A program made the translations under genes and the position numbers. DNA of 64,000 nt from Octopus vulgaris (Eukaryota). The stretch lies in the NCBI GenBank assembly GCA_951406725.2, contig OX597831.1, forward strand, positions 744,001 to 808,000. The letters run 5' to 3'. Under the pieces are notes generated by a model. The model ran no database searches and was not told where the DNA came from. It saw only the letters and a list, made by a program, of their open reading frames with translations. Of this stretch, positions 23,021 to 35,250 are shown in pieces; the stretch's first letter is position 1; every line of letters begins with the position of its first letter.

Positions 23021-23559
23021 TTAATATATATTTATATTCGATTTTTGATAATATCTTGAGATATCTCCCTAATTTTGTAGTCACTGCTGTTCTTTAGAAA
23101 CAACAATATATATGTGTGTGTGTGTGTATATATGTATATGTGTATACATATACATATTATATCTATATATGTGTGTAGATAAATGGATATGTAAGTAAAA
23201 AGATATGTTTCTTTATTACCCACAAGGAGCTAAACGCAGAGGGGACAAACAAGGACAGACAAACGGATTAAGTCGATTATATCATCCCCAGTGCGTAACT
23301 GGTACTTAATTTATCGACCCCAAAAGGATGAACGGCAAAATCGACCTCGACGGAATTTGAACTCAGAACATAACGGCAGACGAAATACGGCTACGCCTTT
23401 CGCCCGGCGTGCTAACGGTTCTGCCAGCTCAGACGAGCACGCACACGCATACACAAACACAAATGAAGACTGAAACACCTGACCATATTCACACCTGCAC
23501 ACTTCACACACTTACTGACTCTATTCTTACCGTTCAGATTTTCCCCATCATTATACATA

Positions 23560-24560
23560 CTAGTTTCTATTCTACTAGATACTTTTCTATTCTTAGTTAC
23601 TGTTTTTTTTATTGTTATATTTTTTATTCTTAATTATAATATGATTATTATGTGCATTTTTATGAGGTTTATATGCCAGGTTAGACGGGCTATTGGTTTT
23701 GCTTTCGCTTTTATTATTTTTATTATATTAAGCGGATTTTAAACTTTCTGAGTTAAGGAATGCAATCTCCCGATTGCCTCCCGCCTTCAATAAAGCAGAG
23801 TTATAGAAGCGAGAATATGAGTTAAATATATTAGCCGATAATTGTGCAATTCTCTTTGAAATTCCTGTTACTATTGATATTATTATACCTAGTAACTACG
23901 TCTGATTTCCTATAGGGGTAATATAACCCAAAGTTTATATTTAGTGTAGAATCTAAGAAGTTAACTACCTTAATGCAGTGCTTTTCAAACTTTTTGCTGG
24001 AGCGGAACCCCAAGGAAACATTCCACTGGCTTGAGGAACCCCTGTGCAATAATTTAATAGTCTTATGCACACATATCTGCACAGGAGAATTAAAAATTAC
24101 TGCCGATTTTAGCAGTTTTGTAACTTCTTGCGGAACCCCTGGACTGTACTGGCGGAACCCTGGTTGAAAACCACTGCTTTAATGTCATATTCAAAAATGA
24201 GCCCTAGGTTAAAACTTTTGAAGAATTTTCTGATTTTCTTCCGCATTCTTTCTATTACGGTTTTACTATTACTAGGTATAATGAATAATGCATCATCCCT
24301 ATAGAGAACTCAAGGAATTCATTACTAAGACATTTTTGGGGATATGCTCTCCAAGTAAATTCGTATTAGGGGAAAAAATTCTGCATAGAGTTTGATACTC
24401 ACCTGATATTGTCTGAGTGTGCAAATTAATTCTTCCTAACAAGGTGCCTCAATTTAGTATCTAATTCAACTGAATCTCTATTATAATTTTTTAATATATT
24501 ATAAAATTTTATTGATTTGCCATATAACGGCATTATTGCTTACTGGTCACTAATATTATT
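23560..24560 (-). mobile_element. Penelope-like reverse transcriptase fragment, interrupted by hAT MITE
   Basis: Minus-strand LYRDDALF...ERMRKKIRKFFK..L...VVNFLDSTLN..G.YYPYRK..Y..INSN. Confidence 0.8.
23976..24176 (-). mobile_element. hAT-type MITE (copy 1)
   Basis: CAGTG..TTTCAA TIRs; 8-bp TSD ccttaatg/ctttaatg. Confidence 0.85.
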
Positions 24561-24762
24561 GTTATTTAGGCGACGAGCTGGCAGAAACGTTAGCACACCG
24601 GGCGATATGCTTAGCAGTATATCGTCTGTCTTTATGTTCTGAGTTCAAATTCTGCCAAGGTCGACTTTGCCTTTCATCCTTTCTGGGGTTGATCTAATCG
24701 ACTGGCTCCCTTCCCCAAAATTTCGGGCCTTGTGCCTTGAGTAAAAACGAATATTATTGATA

Positions 24763-25151
24763 ATAAATCTCTGAACGAGGAATAAACAGTAACTGCACGA
24801 CAATGTGAGGTATATTTGCCATCTCAACATGGCTAACCACTAAGGGTGGGTGTTACTGTAGTTGTAGCCCCAGGAGAGCATCTCCTCCAGCTGGCTATAG
24901 GCACACTTTCTGTGTCCTAAGGTATTTGCAAAGGGAGGTCATCCTTCCCTCGTCAACCTAAGTGATACGCACGGGCTGCAGTTTCTAGGTATTGACCCGT
25001 CATCAGTGTACGACAATCACCGGTTTTCGATGAAAGGGGTCCCAATGCAAATACTTATATCCTTTTTTCAGTAGTTCTCCTGGGGCTACAAGCTACAGTC
25101 ACACCCACCCTTAGTGGTTAGCCATGTTGAGATGGCAAATATACCTCACAT
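24763..25151. mobile_element. Inverted-arm PLE-like insertion with 15-bp target duplication
   Basis: ~75-bp arms 24803-24877 / 25076-25151; cgaatattattgata at 24748-24762 and 25152-25166; decayed hammerhead in spacer. Confidence 0.75.
24968..25012 (-). ncRNA. Degenerate type I hammerhead
   Basis: CGTACA-CTGATGA-CGGGT(caat)ACCTA-GAAAC-TGCA-GCC-CGTGCG (expected GTC reads GCC). Confidence 0.55.
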
Positions 25152-25194
25152 CGAATATTATTGATATTATCATTAATTATTTATAATAATAATA

Positions 25195-25640
25195 ATAGGA
25201 ACTTCACCATTCAAACTGACAGAAAGATAGATGCAAATAGGCCAGACATTATATTGAAAGACTTCAGACAAAAATCATGTCTCCTCCTTGATATGACTAT
25301 CAATATAAATGTATCTGTCAAGACCTACCAAAAATTGAGCAAGTATAAAGATCTTGAAATAGAAATTAGTAAAAAGTGGAACCTGAAGACTAAATTAATA
25401 CCTGTTGGCATAGGTGCCCTGGGGATGATAGCAAAAGGGGCTGATTGCTACCTAGCTCAGATATCAGGGAACCCCAAAATGGCAAAAATTCAAAAGATAG
25501 TGCTCATGGGAACTGTCCATATCCTACGTAAAATACTGACTAATTTTCTTATGGTTTCTTAAACATTCTCTGGGTGAGACTTGGAGCCAACTTGTACAAA
25601 TGCAAAGCAAGAGTCAAACATAAAATAACAATAATAATAA
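25195..25640 (+). mobile_element. R4/Dong-clade LINE 3' fragment (restriction-like endonuclease)
   Basis: IQTDRKIDANRPDII...KLSKYKDL...W....IPVGIGALG; (AAT)n tail. Confidence 0.85.
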
Positions 25641-25714
25641 TATCTATATGAATATTTACTCATATATATAATACATACATACGTACACACACATACATAC
25701 ATAGATAAAGACGA

Positions 25715-25955
25715 AGGCACGTGGCTTAGTGGTTAGGGCATTCGGCTCACGATCGTAAGGTCGTGAGATCAATTCGCGGCGACGCATTATGTCCTTGAAA
25801 AGACACTTTATTTCACGTTGCTCCAGTCCACTCAGCTGACAAAAATGAGTAGTACCTGTATTTGAAAGGATACACGTGTCTGTGGAGTGCTCAGCCATTT
25901 GCACGTTAATTTCACGAGCGAGCTGTTCCGTTGATCGTAACCGACGGAGTGCTCC
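25715..25955 (+). mobile_element. tRNA-headed SINE sharing its 3' module with the 33640-34026 SINE
   Basis: gtggcttagtggttagggc head; acacgtgtctgtggagtgctcagcc...cgtaaccgacggagtgc tail. Confidence 0.7.
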
Positions 25956-28187
25956 TACTATAGATAAAAAAAAGATACGGCTGGTCTATGGGATTACCCT
26001 GGGTTTCACGTCCATAAAGCTCTTAGCTTTACAGCGTATCATCAGACCCTAAACCTGCTGGCCTCTCTGGCAAGTCTGTGTTTGTATGTATGTATATATA
26101 TATACACACACACACATACTTAATCATATCAAAGGGAAATGGAAATTAATTAAAATTTTCATTTCCAGTGGACCTAACGAGTAAAAATTTAGTCCAAAGA
26201 CTATTAATCATAAAATACAGTGTACATTTAAACACATGAGGAATTCACTCGTGGGATTCAACACACTAGAAAGAACAGCTAGGTTCTATAACCACAAAAT
26301 TTGGGATAAAATTTGACAGGAACGAAATGAAAAAATAAAAACATTTTACCATCTAGTTTCCTGGACCCGAACACTAACGATAGCAGCTGCTAGCCCAAAC
26401 CCTTAGCGACGTCCTCACACGTCTTGTCACCTGCACGACCCACGTTGGAAAGGGCGCAATTCCCCGCCCCTTGCGCACGCCTGACGGCTGACCCCTTCCG
26501 GTTGCCCGAGCTTCGGGTCAACGCACTCGGCTGCTGACGTCCAGCTGCTGATGTCATCCCACACCCACTGCGTGGCGCATTGGGTAAGTGTCTTCTACAG
26601 TTACGTCGGGTCGATTAAAGCCTTGTATGAGCGAATTCGGTACATGGAAACTGTGGCAGTCCGCTCTGCTTGCCTACTTGTCTTGTGTGTATGTATATAT
26701 ACATATGTATGTATGTATACATGTATGTATGTATGTAACGGGAAGCTTTATGAAAATAAACAAAAGACGAAGGCAGGTGGAGTACAAACAAACAAATGTA
26801 TTAGTATGGTGCTCGTATCCTGAAAGGATGAAAGGCAAAGTCGCCTTTGGCGGAATTTGAACTCAGAACGTAAAGACAGACGAAATACCTATTTCTTTAC
26901 CACCCACAAGGGGCTAAACACAGAGGGGTCAAACAAGGACAGACAAACGGATTGAGTCAATTATATCGACCCCAGTGCGTAACTGGTACTTATTTAATCA
27001 ACTCCGAAAGGATGAAAGGTAAAGTCGACCTCGGCGGAATTTGAACTCAGAACGTAGCGGCAGACGAAATACGGCTACGCATTTCACCCGGCATGCTAAC
27101 GTTTCTGCCAGCTCGCCGCCTTTGAAAACTTATATTTTGTTAATTAAATTGTTTAACAGTATGAAAATAGTTTTTGGTGATGCAGTCTTGCCATGTAGAA
27201 GTTAACTTCAGTGCGTTCTTCCGGCAGAAATGAGTTCCCCGCCTCTGTTTGAAACCTACATGAATTTCGTCTTCAGATTTCAAAAATTAGTAAAGGAGCT
27301 TAAGACAGATTTCTTCAAGATATTCTTACTGGTATTTTATTTACAAACACTTCGAGACAAGAAAAAAGTTACCCAGTGCTGGATTTGAACCCAGAACCTG
27401 TGAAGCATCGATTTATAGTCTCGCAGCGGACTTCAGAAAGCAAGCTAAAACAAATGCTTTACATCAAGGGTTCTCAAACCAGAGTATGTAAGAGAAGGGT
27501 ACGAGGGATTTGCAAAAACACAGGAATTTTGAATTAATCACAGCCCACTAAACGCAGCTTGTTAAGAAAACGTGTGGAGAGTCCTTATCTGTTACCTCCC
27601 ACTTATCATTGTGAACAAGGGTTTCAATAATGTTTCATAGAAATAAAAATTCATGCCAGACTGTCAATCGAGAATGACATGTGGGTGTATCTCTGAAATT
27701 ATACGGAGGATTGAATTATTTGTTAGAATCCATCTCATCTATTTAAGTAAAACCGAAATCTTAATTTATCAAAGCTAGAAATATTACTATTAAGGAATGG
27801 AACAGTCGACCCCATTACATGATTGATAATTTATTTTATCGATCTCGGAAGCTGATCACAGCGGGATTTGAACTCTTTATACGGGCGAAATGCGTAGCCG
27901 TATTTCGTCCGCCGTTACGTTCTGAGTTCAAATTCCGCCGAGGTCGACTTTGCCTTTCATCCTTTCGGGATCGATAAATAAAGTACCAGTTACGCACTGG
28001 GGTCGATGTAATCGACTTAATCCGTTCGTCTGTCCTTGTTTGTCCCCTCTATGTTTAGCCCTTTGTGGGCAGTAAAGAAATATATATTAAATTGAATTAA
28101 TAAAAAAACTATATAAGCCTATTATCAGTTCACTGGTATCCAGCTATTTTACACGAAATTCTTCATTCAGGATACACTAACACAACA

Positions 28188-28609
28188 GGCAATCTTTCGT
28201 CTCTAGTAGACCTTTCCGTCGATTTCCGTAAAAAAATTTTTTTTTTTACATATGGGCTTGCGGGAACTTTTGAAGTAATGAGAGCGAAAGAGACTAAGAG
28301 AAAGCGATTGTATGATGAGGGAAGTTCTTTTGAAGTTACCATGCATGTGAAGCATTGATGTATATGTGTGTGTGTGTGTGTTTGATGGGGTGTGGGAGAC
28401 AGACAGTATGTTGTGTAAGTGAAGTGCTTCTGTTAGTGTGTGTGAAGAGACAGAGTAATGTGTGAAAGAAGGAGATAACTGAAATTTTTTAGTCGGTGTA
28501 TGTGTATATGTATGTATATTACTTCAAAAGTTCCCGCAAGCCCATATGTAAAAAAAAAAAATTTTTTACGGAAATCGACGGAAAGGTCTACTAGAGACGA
28601 AAGATCGCC
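28188..28609. mobile_element. MITE with ~90-bp TIRs, Merlin-like
   Basis: GGC(a/g)ATCTTTCG termini; perfect 8-bp TSD acacaaca. Confidence 0.85.
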
Positions 28610-29211
28610 ACACAACACTTCTGGATAAGATAATGGAGTACGCTAGAGGAAAAAAGCTTAGGAACCTTTGCTTTAACACATATTAGCAGAAAGGAGCGAC
28701 AATGTGAAACAAGAACTCACCGTTTAGCTGTAATTCCTTTGTGGGGTGTAAAGCAAGTTCATACATGCAATGACATGGAACGAAATGAGGAAGGCACCCA
28801 CCCCACCCCACCACGACCATCACCCCTACCACCGTCGTCGTCGTCATCATTCCCGTGACAGGTGAGAAGGTGGCGGTGGAAACGGGTGTAAGTAAACAAA
28901 GTAGTTACAGCCAGGTCTATTGTCTTTCGTACAAGATGTTGGGGGACATTAGATCAATGGTCCGAGGAGGCACCAAGTACCAAACGGTATCTTTTGTTGT
29001 GTCTGGATTTTTCAAATGCCAAAAACAAATATGTGCATTTGTGTGTATGCAGATGTATGTATGTGTATGTACCACTACGCTAATGCACACACAAACACAC
29101 ACACATGCATACACATATATATGCACACGTACACACATGAATGTATATGTGTTTATGAATTGGACATATACTTGTTTAAGCGTACACAGACACCTACTAG
29201 TATACATGGAT

Positions 29212-29254
<43 letters not shown>

Positions 29255-29404
29255 CTATATATACATACATACATACATACATATACATGCAAACACACGT
29301 ATGTATGTATGTGTGTATACATATCTACGTGGCATGCATTTACATATGTATGCTTGTGTGCATATATATATGTGTGTGTGTGTGTGTGTGTCTGTTTGTG
29401 TGTG

Positions 29405-29435
<31 letters not shown>

Positions 29436-29940
29436 CTGTGTGTATGTGTATGTATGTATGTATGTATGTATGTATGTATACATGTATGTATGTATGTATG
29501 TAAGTATGTGTGAGTATATGTGTGTGTGTGTGTGAGTGTATGTAGTTTGTCAATCAAGTATAATGCAGAAGTTGTGCCAAAAAAAAAAGGCTGCCACCAG
29601 TAAAATTCCTTTCCTTCTCCCTTTCTTTCCCCATTCCTTAATCCTTCTATTAATGCACTGTACACTCACCAATCCCTCATTTGGCAGAAAGACACACAAC
29701 ATGTAATCCCACCGTACCCCCACTTCACGCCCACCTCACCCCCATCATTTGTCTCCACCGTTGTTTCCCGCCAGCTCTTCTAATGGAAACAGAGGGGGCC
29801 AAAACGGAAATAGCAGAAGTTGCTTCTTTGCTGTTGTTGTTGTTGTTGTTGTTGTTAAGCAACAAGACGGGTAAGGGTGATTAGGTGATGGTCTAGGGCT
29901 TAGGGGCGGGAGACCCCAGACCTTGGAAAAAAAAAAAAAC

Positions 29941-30050
29941 TTTGGTCGTCTTGTTGTAGTCGAGGGCTCTTCGTAGACGCCCGACATCACTGGGAGGTGG
30001 CCCTCGAAGTCGCTGGAAATGGAGATCTCCAGGTCCAAATTCTTGAACGG
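29941..30050 (-). other. Possible isolated coding exon (PFKNLDLEISISSDFEGHLPVMSGVYEEPSTTTRRP), gene unknown
   Basis: Marked G/C bias at third codon positions after a cagcag acceptor; donor gttttt is weak; no recognised domain. Confidence 0.25.
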
Positions 30051-33000
30051 CTGCTGTTGTTGGTGGTGACGGTGATGATGTTGATGTTAATGTTGCTCAT
30101 GTGATTGAAATTCTTATGATTGATAGTGTTGTTGTTGTTCGTGTTTAGTTTCTTGCATAATATTGGTTCGGAAATTTTGGGACAGGACCAGAAATTTCGG
30201 TGGAAGGAGTATGTCGATTAGATCAACCTCGGTGCTCAACTGGTACTTATTTTATCGACCCCGAAAGGATGAAAGGTAAAGCCGAGCTCAGCGGAATTTA
30301 AGCTCAGAACGCCAAGTGGATTTCGGCCCCATTTTCGACCACGTGGAAATCTCGATTTTATCGTGCGTGCGGATCCCATTTCAGCAAATCAGAACTTTTT
30401 GTTCACATGATAGTCTGGTGAAAATCGCAATAACTTTCTATGAACGGAGGCTACAAGTACAGCGGTTTTATCACGAAAAAAGCCTGAGTGAATTTGGACC
30501 ACGAGTGAATTAGGTCCCTAGTGCATTCTTCTCACTTAAAGCTATATACTCAACCCAGCACGACTCGGACTAACAGCTGTTTTTACAACTCCATACTCAA
30601 CCCGGCGAGATTCAACACAGCAACACGAATGTGCTTCGATGTGAAAGAATCGAATATGCTTCGATGTGAAGAATCAACTCAGCAACACGAATATGCTTCG
30701 ATGTGAAAAATCAGCTTAATTATTGAATTTCTGATGAAGATCTGCGTCTGTACAATACATCGTTCATATAAGAATAACTCTTCTTGTATTGCATGAACAC
30801 CTTTGTAATAACGTAGCAATAAGCAATGTATATAAACTGATAACAAGTCTTTCATCATAACAACAATTGGTAACCCCGACGCAGAAATACAACCAGCACT
30901 ACAACAATTGGTGTCCGCCGGCGATTTCTATATATATATATAAATACAGTTGACACGCTACGTCTAACAACAAGCCAACAACAATTTACCTATAAATATC
31001 ACCGACGACGTTAGACGTGACGTGCTGAATTTCTAGTTTTCTCAAAATAGCAGTTAAATCTGTCTGGCAGTTGATTCTGTAAAGATGCAAGCAGCACTAT
31101 TTCATCAATATCTTCAGAGATAGTATAATTTCGTAATTCCACTGATGAGAAGATACAGGCTCTTATAGACAAGCTCCGACGTTTGGATTTCCCAAGATAT
31201 CGTCAGTGCGAAATCCGGTGGCCGTAGAAATACAAGACGATCTTCCAGTGCCGAGTGCCAGGAAAACCAAATTACCAGAGGTTGAATGCGACGAAATCTC
31301 TGGTTGAATCATCATCGCAGCCCTACCATATCCTTATCCTTAGAGCTGACTTCTTGCACCAGTTTAGTCTTTTAATCGATTTAAGGCACAAGCGGTTTGT
31401 AGCGTATCTGATATCCTCACTGCTTGAGAGACAGACACAATAAGAATGATCTCGTTTGAGATTACAACCATCTTTGGCTAGTTTGACCCTGTTGTGTCCA
31501 CTGTTCTGATTGGCTGGCATTTGGCACGGTTTGTCTCTCTATTTATTTCGCGCCAGAGTGTAAGCCAACCAATCACGGCCTTTAGATAAGGTCTCGTGAC
31601 ACTGTTTCAGATGCCCTTCTTTGAGCCAGTTTAACTCCTTAAATAAGCTAGCATTTTCACTATTCACCGTCTTTCGGCTTTAGACTTTTATGGTCTAGTC
31701 ACTGACCACAGAGCTGCTCAGGCATGTCCAGTTCCAGCGACAGACGACCAGCCAGCCAGCCAACCATGCTATTGTTCCAGCTATGAAGACGCTATTATAT
31801 ACCAGCGACAGACAGAACGTTCTCTATCTCCGCCGCCGTCATCACCATCGTCGTCTCCATCTCCGTCAACTTCAACAAGTACACATCAACACCGACCAGA
31901 TTCATCTCACGCTGTTTGTGTGAATCTTTCACCAAGGAAAACAGTCTACCTAAAGAACTTACTATATCAAGAGACTCGGCTCGGCGTTGAGGCTCCAACC
32001 GCTGCACATACGCTCAACTGGCCTCCGCCTCGAGACCCCCAACATCTTGTTATAGAACTTACTATTGTGTACCTTATGAACTGGTAAACTCATTCCAATC
32101 TTAACTCAATATGCTGAGACATATCTTATACTCTGTTCTCTGTTATATGAATGCACCTTTATTTGTACCTTCTGTCGCACACACGAACACACAGACACAA
32201 ATACTATGCGCACGCATTCATGCACAACACTATGCTAGCACTCACACACTCGCTCTCTGTACACATTGTGAATAGTCTTCTTCTCTCTCAAACTTTTATT
32301 CCTTTTGGCACTGTATTCTATATCATGTATTTCGCTCTCTTATTTTGTTAGGAATGACCGTGCGGCGTTAAAAAGGAGACGTTTGCCACCAACTCCTTAC
32401 GTACGGCCGTATTTCATACAGGTTAATTGATACCAGAACCGAGTTATCAGCACAAGGTATTCTTCAGGGACTTTTATCGTCAGTCCACTTGTTTTTGTTC
32501 CGTCTTTTTCCGACCGTTTCCACGAAATTCTTCAGCGGTTTCCGAGCATTACTCGTACTATGTTCCATAAGAATCCAGTGCACTCGGTTACTCATCATAT
32601 CATCATATCATTACAAAAGGTCCCCCTGTTTGATCTCGTCCCAGACATCTTGCCATAGACAAGCTAAAAATTTCTAAGGAAGAGTTCGGTCATATGTTGG
32701 ACCTTGGTATATTTCGACCTTCTAGCAGTAATTAGTCCTCTCCGCTTCAGCTTATCTCTTAAAAAGGTGAGGGAGTTGGCGCCTGTGCGGGGACTACAGG
32801 CAGCTAAATGCTTTGACAGTACCATACAGATATCCCATCCCACACATTCACGATTTTTCAGCATCTTTACATGGTTGTACTGTCTTTCCGAAGATCGATT
32901 TAATACATGCCAATTAAAGATATCTTGTCTCTCACCGTTGCAAAGGCCTTCATGGCCGAATGGATTTCACGTTTTGGAGTTCATTTGACCACAACGACTG

Positions 33001-33639
33001 ACAGAGGTCGTCTGTTTGAATCCTGCCTATCTGTCGACCTTTCTAACATCCTAGGCACCCGACGCATCCGCACTAGAGCTTATCACACCATATCTGACGG
33101 AATGACTGAGCCTTTTCATCATCAATTGAAAGCAGCTCTTCGTGCTTATTCCGAGTCAGAACGTTAGTTGAAAGGTTTACCTGTTGTTTTATTAGGTCTT
33201 TCAGTCTGCTGCTAAGGATGACTTGGGATATTCGCAGAACTATCTTACGGTTCCCCTCTCACTCTACTTTGTCAAATGGTTTCAGCTACAGCTTCAGACA
33301 ATCAACATTTTGGATCTAGCAGATTATGTTCATCGATTGCGTAGATACATGACGGAGCTACCTCCGTCGGTAATGAGGCCACAATCTACTAAGACTTTCG
33401 TTCTACCAGATAGTCATATATGGACTCATGTATTTATACATAATGACGCAATTAAAATCCTCTTCAGACATCGTGTATTGAAAGTGAAACCCAAATTTGT
33501 GGCGTTGGATATACCAGGAAAGCACCAGACAGTGAGCACTGATCGATTCTAGCAGGCTTTTACCGATTCGTCTCCCTGTCAGCAAGACTACTCCTTTTTC
33601 TACCACATTCAAACCTCCTACGCATACATGTGGCACTGG

Positions 33640-34026
33640 GGGGAAGCACTCCGTCGGTTACGACGACGAGGGTTCCGGTTGATCCGATCAACGGAACAGC
33701 CTGTTCGTGAAATTAACGTGTAAGTGGCTGAGCACTCCACAGACACGTGTACCCTTAACGTAGTTCTCGGGGATATTCAGCGTGACACAGAGAGTGACAA
33801 GGCCGGCCCTTTGAAATACAGGTACAACAGAAACAGGAAGTAAGGATGAGAGAAAGTTGTGGTGAAAGAGTACAGCAGGGATCACCACCATCCCCTGCCG
33901 GAGCCTCGTGGAACTTTAGGTGTTTTTCGCTCAATAAACACTCACAACGCCCGGTCTGGGAATCGAAACCGCGATCCTACGACCGCGAGTCCGCTGCCCT
34001 GACCACTGGGCCATTGCGCCTCCACC
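33640..34026 (-). mobile_element. tRNA-headed SINE family C inserted in the Gypsy element
   Basis: Same head as 11330-11507; CpG-rich, little decayed. Confidence 0.8.
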
Positions 34027-34572
34027 ACATGTGACACACCGTCCACTGTCACCACACCTGTAAGTACACCTACTTCTGACGGAATTACACGAAGCGACAG
34101 AAGGGTGCATTGGCCGACAATATATACACACAACACCTATTACTTGTAGCCTCCGTTCACAGAAAGTTATTGTGATTGTCACCAAACTATCTTGTGAGCA
34201 AAAATTTTAGTAAACTTTAAAAGCAATGCACAAACAAATGTAAAAAGAAAAAAAAAAACCGCAAACAAGACAAACATCTGCAATAACATAAACTGAGTTT
34301 TAATTCCAACGTAGACTGTCGTGAACTTTTTCCTTCCACAGACAATTTTTTGGCATTGGTTAAATATTCGTTTTGCAATTGTGTTGTTCTGCTGTTCATT
34401 TTTCTCTCTTTTCCTCATAGTTTATTTTTCGTCTTCTTAGTAGCCCCATAAACTCGAACGACAGGGGACTGACATAACAGTTGATTTCGTCCACATGTAA
34501 CTCACGAGTTTATCATGTATGCGGACCCCATTTCTACGAATCAGAACTCTTTGTCCACGTGATAGTCTGGTG

Positions 34573-34791
34573 CGGTGGTTTTCAACCAGGGTTCCGCGGG
34601 ACCTTAGGGTTCCGCCAGTACAGTCCAGAGGTTCCGCAAGAAGTTACAAAACTGCTAAAATCGGCAGTAATCTTTAATTCTCCTGTGCAGATATGTGTGT
34701 ATAAGACTATTAAATTATTGCACAGGGGTTCCTCGAGCCAGTGGAATGTTTCCTTGGGGTTCCGCTCCGGCAAAAAGTTTGAAAAGCACTG
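34573..34791 (+). mobile_element. hAT-type MITE (copy 2) inserted in the 3' LTR
   Basis: TSD gtctggtg/atctggtg; empty site gatagtctggtg visible in 5' LTR. Confidence 0.88.
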
Positions 34792-35196
34792 ATCTGGTGA
34801 TAATCACAAGAGCTTACCGTGAATAGACGTTACAAATACTGTATTTAAAGTGCGAAAAAAGGCCAGAGTGAATTCGGTCCCTGGTGAATTCTCCTCACTA
34901 ATAGCTGTTTTTTTTTTCACAGCTACATACGAAACTCAGCATGACTCGGACTAACAGCTGTTCTCACTGCTCCATATTTTCAACGCGGCGAGAAGGAAGA
35001 AGAATCAAAACGGCAACATGAATATTCATCGATGTGAAAATCAACCTAGTTATCGAATTTCTGATGAAGATCTTCTGAACCCGTAAAATACGTTATTCAC
35101 ACAAGATTAACTCTACTTGTATTGTATAAACACCTTTGTAATAACGTAGCAATAAATGATGTACATAAAATGATAAGTCATTCGCCATAACCACGC

Positions 35197-35250
<54 letters not shown>

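Larger units (their letters stand above)
30316..35195 (+). mobile_element. Decayed Gypsy LTR retrotransposon (CsRn1-like), LTRs ~30316-30865 and ~34475-35195
   Basis: Diverged direct repeats; PBS TGGTAACCCCGAC 30868-30880; protease ILRADFLHQFSLLIDL; RT MLDLGIFRPSSSN..YPIPH; integrase WISRFG..TTDRGRLFES..AYH..DGM.E.FH..LK. Confidence 0.85.

Noticed and set aside
28855-29665. Long ORFs rich in YI/CV/HT (also at 6987-7277, 20791-21813, 47876-48337, 55383-56165, 58513-62717)
   Set aside because: Translations of (TA)n, (CA)n, (TACA)n, (GA)n and (ATT)n microsatellites or SINEs.
30725-30765. CTGATGA in both Gypsy LTRs (also ~35060) and CTGAGAAGAC..GTCGAAAC at ~35530
   Set aside because: Could not assemble complete cores with paired stems.
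33950-34026. tRNA gene (also SINE heads at 4121, 7692, 11440-11507, 25715, 27370)
   Set aside because: A/B boxes are present, but no closed acceptor stem; each continues into a SINE body.
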